The notes under the pieces were generated by a model. That model had not been told where the DNA came from, did no database searches, and worked only from the letters and a program-made list of their open reading frames with translations. A stretch of DNA of 63,711 bases, filler included, from Octopus bimaculoides (taxonomy: Eukaryota): NCBI RefSeq assembly GCF_001194135.2. It is 5 parts of 4 records of this genome, joined end to end, with 100 filler letters (N's around TTAATTAATTAA, not from the genome) between each part and the next. Parts side by side here need not be neighbours in the genome. Positions count along the whole stretch, not along the records: positions 45,202 to 63,711 come from NC_068993.1; 4 more parts are not named here. One strand, written 5' to 3'. Below, piece by piece: positions 52,771 to 63,711 of the stretch. Numbering within the stretch: the stretch's first letter is position 1; each line of letters starts with the position of its first letter. The translations under genes were made by a program, and so were the position numbers.

Positions 52771-53437
52771 TCTCTTTCTCACATTTTTGTCTCTCTCTCT
52801 CTCTATCCCTTTTATTTCTCTCATTTCTTATTCATTTACGCCCCGCTCCCGCCGTCCCCGTGAAGAAGAGAAATAGGAACCTTAGACTAGAGTTTNNNNN
52901 NNNNNNNNNNNNNNNNNNNNNNNNNNNNNNNNNNNNNNNNNNNNNNNNNNNNNNNNNNNNNNNNNNNNNNNNNNNNNNNNNNNNNNNNNNNNNNNNNNNN
53001 NNNNNNNNNNNNNNNNNNNNNNNNNNNNNNNNNNNNNNNNNNNNNNNNNNNNNNNNNNNNNNNNNNNNNNNNNNNNNNNNNNNNNNNNNNNNNNNNNNNN
53101 NNNNNNNNNNNNNNNNNNNNNNNNNNNNNNNNNNNNNNNNNNNNNNNNNNNNNNNNNNNNNNNNNNNNNNNNNNNNNNNNNNNNNNNNNNNNNNNNNNNN
53201 NATATACATATATATATTCGATACGTAGGTACACACACGAGTAAAACTGTTCTCGATACGGTACGGAAAGTGTTATTTATAGCTCCAATACCTCACACTT
53301 GACTTTCAAGTCTCCGATCGTGAGATTGTATGTGTGAGTGTGAGTGTGTGTGTGTGTGTGTACGTATGTTCGTGCGTGTGTCTTTGTGTCTCTTTATGTC
53401 TGTGTCTGTGTGCTTCTGTGTATCTTTGTGTGTGTGT

Positions 53438-53477
<40 letters not shown>

Positions 53478-54009
53478 CTGTATGTGTATGTACACGTGTA
53501 TTGGACGTTTACACACACAAACACACACTTGTTTTTTAATTACATTCTCTTAAACAATATACTTGGCAGCTTGTTTCGAATGACTTCCGATATATAAATG
53601 TGTGTGTGCTTGTGTGTGTGTGTTTTGCCTTTGCGCGTGTATGTGAGTGTGAGTAGATATATGTATGATTATATATATACTTATATACAGATATATACAC
53701 GTATACATATATACATGTGTATATATATATATATATATATAGGAATGCATATATGCATATATATGTATGTATGTATGGATGGATGTATGTATGTATGTAT
53801 GAATGTATGTATATATACATCGTATATGAAGATAGTGAGTATATATGCATATATATCTATTAGCCTCTTCTAAACATTCCCTCATAGAAACGCATTCTCA
53901 TCTTATCTGTAACACTCAGTCTACTTTTCATTCTCTTTTACTCCCTGTAGATCTTTCTCCCGAACCCTCTCTCATTGACTATTTCACATTCAGCACTGCG
54001 TCTATGCTA

Positions 54010-54050
54010 CTCTATTCTGATGAAGGACTAATGTGCGAAACGTTGTTACG
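54010..54050 (+). ncRNA. Hammerhead-like core typical of Penelope tails
   Basis: CUGAUGA(54017)-A-GGAC-UAAU-GUGC-GAAA-CGUU. Stem II has one mismatch and stem I is poor. Confidence 0.4.
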
Positions 54051-54623
54051 TTATCTTTCCACTAGAGCATTTAGCTAATATAATACCTGTTCAGCTTGTT
54101 CGTTCGTTGTACTCACACACACACACAGGCACGCACATATACACACACACACTTATATAAACACATGCACGTAGACACACAACACATATAAATACAGACA
54201 TGCAGGCAGACACATACACACACAAACACACACATCACACTCATACGTACACACACCGTTTTCTTTTGTCTTTATTTTTGATTTTTAACTACCATAGTGC
54301 GCTTTTTGTATCCGATTAATATGGAAATGTGCGTTTAGTATTTAAAGTGGGATTTCAGAAAGAGAAACTGACCGGCTGATTATTACATTACAAGTGCTAT
54401 CTGTGAGTGGAACTGTAAAAATATGCAAGACTTTTCTCAAGTTCCAAATGTGAATTCGTCTGTGTTAACTACATCCCAAAGATAGAGCCTTGTATCGTTG
54501 TTGGAAACCGGCTCCCTCCCCAGTGGAAGATTTATAATAATTAAAAATATAGAGGAGATATACATGCATACATACATACATACATACATACATACACAAA
54601 CATCCATAGATACATACATACAT

Positions 54624-54660
<37 letters not shown>

Positions 54661-54670
54661 TAGATAGATC

Positions 54671-54727
<57 letters not shown>

Positions 54728-54729
54728 CT

Positions 54730-54926
54730 AGAGCTGGCAGAAACGTTGGCGCGCCGGGCGAAATGCTTAGCGGTATTTCGTCTGCCGCTACGTTCTGAGT
54801 TCAAATTCCGCCGAGGTCGACTTTGCCTTACCTTCTTTTCGGAGTCGATTAAATAAGTACCAGTTACGCACTGAAGTCGATATAATCGACTTAATCCGTT
54901 TAGCCCCTTGTGGGCACTAAAGAAAT

Positions 54927-54930
<4 letters not shown>
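54730..54930 (+). mobile_element. tRNA-derived SINE family B, well-preserved copy
   Basis: gagctggcagaaacgttggcgcgccgggcg...gttctgagttcaaattccgccgaggtcgac. Further copies at about 925-1090, 1120-1328, 18765-18990, 27395-27620, 40240-40430, 46930-47140 and 60550-60750 (all -), and 23290-23485, 24694-24900, 39250-39440 and 50865-51050 (all +). Confidence 0.85.
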
Positions 54931-54965
<35 letters not shown>

Positions 54966-55532
54966 GTTCATTGATTGATTGATTGATTGACTGATGTTTA
55001 AATGCGCACTGGATATCTGTCTTTCACTTTTCTATGGTTTCCTAATGTTAACATCTTTAAAACGACTGAACATGAACATTTCAACAACCTATCAATAATT
55101 AGCGATTGCGCATGCGCATGCACAAAGGGAAATATAAGAACCCATACTTCTATTCCTGGCTTTCTCTGACCTCTCCGTCCCCCAACTTCAATATCGGTTT
55201 CTCTGCCCTTCATTCTCCCAATATCCCTCTCTCTATCTCTCACCTACTCATTCTTTCAATATTTCTCTCTCTCTCCCTCCATCTTTACTACTACTAATAC
55301 TACTACTACTACTACTACACTTTATTCACAAATTTAGGTCGATCTGAGTCTCTCTCTCTCTCTCTCTCTGTACTTCACTTTCTTCTATTTTCAATCTCAA
55401 TTTCGCTTTCTGCCTCTCACTCTACATATCCCTCAATATCTAACACTCTCCCTTTTTTTCTTTATTTTATTTCTTACCTGTTTCAATATCAATATTCCTC
55501 TCTCTCACTTTCTCTCTTTCTCTTTCTCTATC

Positions 55533-55566
<34 letters not shown>

Positions 55567-55625
55567 CATCTAATCTCGCTCCATCTCTCCATTTCCCCCT
55601 GTCACACTTTCTCTCTATCTCTCTC

Positions 55626-55674
<49 letters not shown>

Positions 55675-56727
55675 CTCTTTCTCTCTCTACCCCTTTCTCT
55701 CTCACTTCTCTCAATATAAATTTCCAGGTTTTCTATGGAGTGTTAATTATCGGAATTAAAATTATTCTACCCAGTAGAAATACTGGCTAATTATAACATA
55801 TAGTTCTTGTCATTAGTTAATTAGAAACTAGTATACACAAATTTTATAGTGTGAATATATCCATATGTGTGTATGCATGTAAGCATTTACGCATACATGT
55901 GTGTTTGCATGTACATATATATTCATGCATGCATNNNNNNNNNNNNNNNNNNNNNNNNNNNNNNNNNNNNNNNNNNNNNNNNNNNNNNNNNNNNNNNNNN
56001 NNNNNNNNNNNNNNNNNNNNNNNNNNNNNNNNNNNNNNNNNNNNNNNNNNNNNNNNNNNNNNNNNNNNNNNNNNNNNNNNNNNNNNNNNNNNNNNNNNNN
56101 NNNNNNNNNNNNNNNNNNNNNNNNNNNNNNNNNNNNNNNNNNNNNNNNNNNNNNNNNNNNNNNNNNNNNNNNNNNNNNNNNNNNNNNNNNNNNNNNNNNN
56201 NNNNNNNNNNNNNNNNNNNNNNNNNNNNNNNNNNNNNNNNNNNNNNNNNNNNNNNNNNNNNNNNNNNNNNNNNNNNNNNNNNNNNNNNNNNNNNNNNNNN
56301 NNNNNNNNNNNNNNNNNNNNNNNNNNNNNNNNNNNNNNNNNNNNNNNNNNNNNNNNNNNNNNNNNNNNNNNNNNNNNNNNNNNNNNNNNNNNNNNNNNNN
56401 NNNNNNNNNNNNNNNNNNNNNNNNNNNNNNNNNNNNNNNNNNNNNNNNNNNNNNNNNNNNNNNNNNNNNNNNNNNNNNNNNNNNNNNNNNNNNNNNNNNN
56501 NNNNNNNNNNNNNNNNNNNNNNNNNNNNNNNNNNNNNNNNNNNNNNNNNNNNNNNNNNNNNNNNNNNNNNNNNNNNNNNNNNNNNNNNNNNNNNNNNNNN
56601 NNNNNNNNNNNNNNNNNNNNNNNNNNNNNNNNNNNNNNNNNNNNNNNNNNNNNNNNNNNNNNNNNNNNNNNNNNNNNNNNNNNNNNNNNNATACTGTACA
56701 TACATACATACATGCATACATACATGC

Positions 56728-56781
<54 letters not shown>

Positions 56782-57058
56782 ACATAGGCATACATAGGCA
56801 TATGTACATAGTTTAGGTGTTAGTTGTCGGCATTTTCTCCATCCGTTTGATATTATCTCATTTCATTCACATTACTAATTAACATTTGGAAACGGTTTGT
56901 TTATCTCAATCATAATTTCTCCTCCCTCTCTCCCTCGCTCTCTCTCAGATATATCCATAGCGAGAAAGAGGAATAGAGAGAGGGAGACAGGGACAGAGAG
57001 ATATACAGATGGACAGACTAGCAGACAGAGAGAGGGGGGGAGAAAGAGAAATAAAGAC

Positions 57059-57134
<76 letters not shown>

Positions 57135-57650
57135 AATGCCTTGATGCAGTATCACATAGTGACTCTCATTGCTTTTGATCTTAACTGATTGGAGGTGCTA
57201 TCGTGTACACATTTCGTCTTGGTGTAAAAGATGGGCTTCAACGAATATTCTGTTCAATACCACAGATTTGCTTAACCAGTTGAGCATGTCCTTTAGTGTA
57301 GCTGATGTCATGTGCATCTCTGATCCCGAGTAGAAGTAGTGGGGGAGCATCATGTTGAGAGGAATAATTCACCTCTGGAAACAATTGTTTTGTTCATCAT
57401 CCTTAAACAAACTGTATTCAGGATCATTTTGAGCGGGATGGCCTACTCGACCTGAAGAACATTCCAGCTGGGTCTTATCTGCAAGGTCAAGCGCTGTTTA
57501 GCTTGATATGAGATCATAATTTCGTGCACATATGGTTCTGATGTTTGTGTCTGGTGAACCCTTATGAGACAGGTAGTCATCAGGCGTATATTGGGATTCG
57601 TATTTTTGTACCCCACTGTCACTTTGGTGGCATGCGCTGCTGTCTCACTC

Positions 57651-57695
<45 letters not shown>

Positions 57696-60600
57696 TATAA
57701 TAATAATAATACCTCTAATTTTTGGCACATGTGCAGCAATTTTAAGGGGAGTGGGTATCGAACTTCTACTTGTTTTATCGAGCGCAGAACGATGAAAGCC
57801 GACCTTGGCGGAATTTGAACTCAAAATAGAAGACGTTAAGAAACTGATGAAGAAACTGATGAAGAAACCATGCATCTTAGCATTAGTTAATCTGAAGACG
57901 ATGAATCATATGAAATTTAAAGAAAAAGAATGAAATGTGAACAGAGTGATTGAGAAGTTTATCTGTGAAATGTAGTTTCAGCATTTTGCTAGAAGAAGAG
58001 TTGATAAAAGGAGGATTAACATGTACCCTGATGGAAATAATGGATGGTAATGAAAATTAGTGATCTTAGATAAGGTATAAGAAAACTGGACCCAGTGTAA
58101 GCAAGAAAAAATAACGAAAGTGGAAGAAAAAGGTAGATTAGAAGAAATGTGTCGCTCAAGAAAGAAAAGGATTGCAACCATGAGAGAAGAAGGAAATGGG
58201 ACAGTAGAAGCAAAAGCTGCCAAAATCAGAAAATATGATGAAAGAAATTCTTCTCAGCGAGTGGCAATGAAGTTTAAAAGGTCATACTAAACACAATACT
58301 AAGCTTCTTTAGACGAGTGTTACGGCGGATCATCTACTTGGACATCGAATTCTACTCTAGCTTGTCCGCTGCGTCTCACAAACACTTCGACAAAAACCCT
58401 GATGAATATCTGCACGCAACTCATAAGCAGAGCTTATGATTATGACAAAAATGTCAAGCGAGTGGGTCGCTGTCTGTTGCGCGTGTGTCTGTGTGTCTCT
58501 GTGTCTGTGTGGCTGTGTGTCTGTGTGGCTGTGTGTGTGTGCGTGTGCATGCGTGTATGTGTGTTTGTGTGTGTGTGTGTGGCGTGTATATGTGGACATT
58601 TACTAATATCTGTAATTAAAATTATTTAATACATCATCATATATTGTAATAACATTTCTTGCGCCATCCATCAGTTTTCTGACTCGCCATCATATATTCA
58701 TGTTTTTGTGACAGATTTTTGGTAAGCATGTATGAGATATGGTGAAAATATCATTATTGTTGATGTTGTTGTTGTTGTTATCATTATTATTATCATTATT
58801 ATTATCATTATTATTGTCATTAGTAGTAGTAGTAGTTCATTTTGTCTTTTGAAGCATACGGACCTCTCTAGAGACGGTTCCGAGAAAATTGGATTATTTC
58901 CAAGTTTTACTGCATGAAATCTTTTCTTTTTTGGAATCTTTTTTCAAACAGGGGACTTCAGAATGTCTATCCCAACGCCCGGGGGAAACAAGAGGTCTGT
59001 CTTTTAGACATTATTTTATATTTCTGCAAAATTTTTCTTTTGTATACGTTTTTCACTATAGAAGCAGTAAGAGGTACTGACAAGAAAACACCTCACATAT
59101 CCACGCACATACACCACAGAAAAATGTCGAGATAATTTTGAGATACATGAAAATGGAATTTTTATAAAAGTTGAATAGAATTTAAAAAGAGATAAACGCA
59201 ATAAAATGACAATGAAACAAACATTTACACTCACAAACAGACAGTCACAGTTTGACAGCCAGAAAAGCAAAATTACACGACGTAAATTAGTAATAACAAC
59301 TACCATTTAAAACCGTACCATGTTAACAGAGATGATAACAATTGTGTCTTTCGTAGCATTACAGACCAAAAGATTCTTTAGGAATGGCTGGAAATTCCAT
59401 TAACGAATGAGGCATGACGTCAGTATGTTACAAAGGAGTGATTATTTTTTACGGAGGCATCTATCCAAAAGCAGGAAGAAAAACGTAATTATCTTAATTT
59501 GTGAAACCCAAAAAAGAACCCGACATCCCTGCCCTTCAAAATGCAGTTTAAGGAAGGTAAAGGTAAAGTATTCTCAATTGATAAAGATAGGAATTTGGTG
59601 CGAGTGCCTGGTCTAAGAGATATGAAGACGATGCAAGAAGGCAGGTCGAAAGAGTATACCTGCATTGAATATGGTATCGTAATAAATGGGACAATGAATA
59701 GTACCCTCTTTACTATTATATAAATGCTCTTGCAATGATTGCATTTTTTATTTTCCACGATATTTCGTCTCCTTGATCCAATACTATAGTTAATCTCTAT
59801 GCAGAAATCCCACAAAATCTATTAATTATCATCCAGCTGTTCATATTCATATTTTTTCGTTACTTCAAATTCCTATTGGCTAACATTCCGACGCACTGAA
59901 TTGCCGCCACAGTCATATTTATATCCTTTTTACGCTAGTCTACTGCACTCGTTCGGCAGATGGTTAATACTTTCATCCACTTTTCTACAATTCTGTATCT
60001 ACTGATTGATTTTTACCAATATTTGTCTTTATCGATTGTCTTCTAGTAGTCCATAAGCTGCTAGAATCAGCATTCTGCTTTACTATTCAGGTTTCCATCT
60101 ATCAGCTACAACCAGATATTTACACATCAATTTCTGAACTTTCTCGTATGAATTCGCCAGATAATTCTTTCCTCTTCTTCTTCTTCTTCTTCTTCTTCTT
60201 CTTCTTCTTCTTCTTCTTCTACTTCTACTTCTTCTTCTTCTTCTTCTTCTTCTTCGTCTTCTTCTTCTTCTTCATCTTCTTCTTCGTCTTCTTCTTCTTC
60301 TTCTTCTTCTTCTTCTTTTTCGTCTTCTTCTTCTTTTCCTTCTCCTTCTCCTTCTCCTCCTTCTTCTACTTCGTATTCTCCTCCTCCTCCTCTTCCTCCT
60401 CTTCCTCCTTCTCCTCCTCCTCCTCCTCCTCCTCCTTCTTCTCCTCTCTCCTTCTCTCCTCTTCTTCTTATTCGTCTTCTCTTTCTCCTTCTTCTTCTCC
60501 TCTTCCTCCTTCTTTTCTTCTCCTCCTACTGATAGCTCGTAGCTCGTTATAATAATCCTTTCCACTATAGGCATAAAACCTGAAGCTTTAGGGCAGAGTT

Positions 60601-61443
60601 CTAGTTGATTACATCGACCCCAGTACTTGACTGGTAATTCTTTAATCGACTCCGAAAGGATGAAAGCCAAAGTTGACCTCAGTAGAATCTGAACTTAGAA
60701 CATAAAAACTAAAAATATGCCACTAAAAGTTCTCTTTCGTCCGGCGCAGTAAAGATTTTAAGCCTCAAATAAAAAAGTTGTTTCATGTACAAAGCCAAGA
60801 ACTTTTAGTGGTAAGGATACCCAGCTCCATCGATCGAATACTACTCGCTTTGTACTTTAGTTCATCAATCCCAAAATAACGAAAGCCAACGCTGACCTGA
60901 ATAAATATAAACACGAACAGATATTGTTATGATTCATGATTCATCTCCATGTCAACAACAAGGATAGAATTTTCATATCTGGTCGCAGAAAGAAGGGGAA
61001 TGAAAAAAAATAAGCAGTAAGATATATGGAGACTATAGTTGGAAATGTGAGATGAAGACTTGGATAAATCTCCATATTGCATCCCTTTACCATCAAGTTA
61101 TCATCATCGATTGTATGTGTTTACAAACCGAATCTAAACGATAAACAACTTGACATTTTGAACGATTTTTTTTAGCAGAGAAAACAAAATAACAGTATGA
61201 AATTTCTATGCTTTAAAGTACAATTCATAAAATACTTGAAACACAAAGTTGTAATGTAAATAAACTGGCATCTGATGGTCAAGAGATGTAAAAAAAAAAA
61301 AAAGTAATCAAATCAAAAAGAACGATCTTAACATCATCAATAATATAACAACATCGAAGACGACAGCAACAACGAAGGCGATGATAACTAATAAAAAAAA
61401 CATAAAAATACACGAGTTATGATTATGGTTTGGCTTTTTGGTT

Positions 61444-61490
<47 letters not shown>

Positions 61491-62058
61491 TTATCTTTTT
61501 GCACAGGTTATGTTTGAAAAGTTTCTAAAAACGCCAGAACGCCAAACTGAATGTCTTATAGTATTTTGGTTTTTAAATCTTAACGCAATCGAATTAGACT
61601 TTTATCCATTCTGATTCGATGAAATTAAATATGAAAATCATGTATACACTATCTCAGCTGCGATGCAAAGCATGTCTATACAGCTCTTTAACTAAAAATC
61701 AATAAGTATTTGTTTGTCTGTGTGTGTTTGTATGTGTACACGTGTGTGTATGTGTGTGTGTGTGTGCGTGGTTTTTTTTTCTTCTTTTTAATTTCATGCA
61801 AGCATGAAATGAGATTTTAGGATCAGAGAAAGTAAACTTTATTGGCTTTATGTTTTTCTGGGTAGGGTGGAATGTTTTACAAGATGCTTGGTGATGTAAG
61901 CCTAAAGCATTGGCTTCAATAACCATTTGAAACTGAGCTGTATTACTCAGTGGGTGACAAGTTCAAAGAAGCTATGCCCTGGCAATCAGAATAATGAAGG
62001 CTTCAAAGATATTTTATCGGACAAATGATGAGGAATTAAATGTTGGATTAAATGTTTA

Positions 62059-62089
<31 letters not shown>

Positions 62090-63000
62090 NNNNNNNNNNN
62101 NNNNNNNNNNNNNNNNNNNNNNNNNNNNNNNNNNNNNNNNNNNNNNNNNNNNNNNNNNNNNNNNNNNNNNNNNNNNNNNNNNNNNNNNNNNNNNNNNNNN
62201 NNNNNNNNNNNNNNNNNNNNNNNNNNNNNNNNNNNNNNNNNNNNNNNNNNNNNNNNNNNNNNNNNNNNNNNNNNNNNNNNNNNNNNNNNNNNNNNNNNNN
62301 NNNNNNNNNNNNNNNNNNNNNNNNNNNNNNNNNNNNNNNNNNNNNNNNNNNNNNNNNNNNNNNNNNNNNNNNNNNNNNNNNNNNNNNNNNNNNNNNNNNN
62401 NNNNNNNNNNNNNNNNNNNNNNNNNNNNNNNNNNNNNNNNNNNNNNNNNNNNNNNNNNNNNNNNNNNNNNNNNNNNNNNNNNNNNNNNNNNNNNNNNNNN
62501 NNNNNNNNNNNNNNNNNNNNNNNNNNNNNNNNNNNNNNNNNNNNNNNNNNNNNNNNNNNNNNNNNNNNNNNNNNNNNNNNNNNNNNNNNNNNNNNNNNNN
62601 NNNNNNNNNNNNNNNNNNNNNNNNNNNNNNNNNNNNNNNNNNNNNNNNNNNNNNNNNNNNNNNNNNNNNNNNNNNNNNNNNNNNNNNNNNNNNNNNNNNN
62701 NNNNNNNNNNNNNNNNNNNNNNNNNNNNNNNNNNNNNNNNNNNNNNNNNNNNNNNNNNNNNNNNNNNNNNNNNNNNNNNNNNNNNNNNNNNNNNNNNNNN
62801 NNNNNNNNNNNNNNNNNNNNNNNNNNNNNNNNNNNNNNNNNNNNNNNNNNNNNNNNNNNNNNNNNNNNNNNNNNNNNNNNNNNNNNNNNNNNNNNNNNNN
62901 NNNNNNNNNNNNNNNNNNNNNNNNNNNNNNNNNNNNNNNNNNNNNNNNNNNNNNNNNNNNNNNNNNNNNNNNNNNNNNNNNNNNNNNNNNNNNNNNNNNN

Positions 63001-63054
<54 letters not shown>

Positions 63055-63711
63055 AAGAGAGGAAGAGTGGGCAGAAGAGACTAGATACATGTTAAAGACA
63101 AATTAAAAATTTGGGGGAAAGTGAAGCTAATTATACTTAAAATTAAACCAGGTTAAACAATCGTGTGACAGCATAAATTGATAGTCAACCACCCACCTTC
63201 CGAAAGTGTTACGTTATTTGAGATTTGTACCAAATAGGTTCGGAAACTGGGAAACATCCTGGTTTTGATGACATCCATAATTGTTAGGTTGTTGTCATTT
63301 TACATAATGGAAACCATCAAGACTCTCTTGAATAATCCGGAACATGTAATGATGAAATAATTAACAGAGAAGTGTTAGAAATCTGAAGCAACGGAAGAAA
63401 AATGAAAGCCAAACTATGTAATGGACCAATGCTGCAAAAAAAAAAGAAAAAGAAAAGAAAAGAAGGAAAGAAAAAAAAGAAAAAGAGAAAAAGAAAAGAA
63501 AAGAAAGGAAAGGAAGGAAGAAAATGCTTTTGATACCGTTCCGCCATACCTTTATATTGGAATCAGTCCAATTATATTATTCATGTTATGGAAATGAATA
63601 AAAAGAAAATAGCCATCAACTAGCCCAATTCCCAGGGGTGACTCATTGTAAGTGTGTGTGAGTGGGTGTTGGTATGTATGTGCGTGTATGTGTCTTTTTT
63701 TTTTTTTTTTT

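Noticed and set aside
57838-57870. CTGATGA...GAAA hammerhead-like words
   Set aside because: A 12-bp tandem duplication (aagaaactgatg) with no stem II.
59541-59723. ORF with a faint KOW-like GKVFSIDKDRNLVRVPG
   Set aside because: Lacks the first half of the motif and has no supporting exon structure.

Overview
Repeat-rich, gapped metazoan genomic DNA, not prokaryotic. It is most likely from an octopus or other coleoid cephalopod; this is inferred from the SINE families and the extreme microsatellite density, not proven. Almost all ORFs in the supplied track are spurious (N-gaps or microsatellites). The real genes are spliced and I assembled them by hand. (1) The terminal coding exon of an ABHD11-type alpha/beta hydrolase (13231-13375, +). 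(2) Two tandem three-exon genes encoding secreted, probably GPI-anchored Ly6/uPAR (quiver/sleepless-like) three-finger proteins: gene A 31411-34189 (157 aa, 8 Cys in the mature domain) and gene B 37037-40802 (165 aa, 10 Cys). A 5'-truncated, diverged duplicate of gene B's last exon follows at 41303-41494. The rest consists of several tRNA-derived SINE families, RTE and R4/Dong LINE fragments, Penelope-like GIY-YIG remnants, a full-length decayed mariner, a MITE, piggyBac and Helitron remnants and microsatellites. The most unusual non-genic object is a 688-bp inverted-repeat element with a tRNA-like head and hammerhead-ribozyme-like motifs, flanked by a 12-bp target-site duplication (27761-28448). 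Four artificial N44-TTAATTAATTAA-N44 linkers mean adjacency across those joins is unverified.
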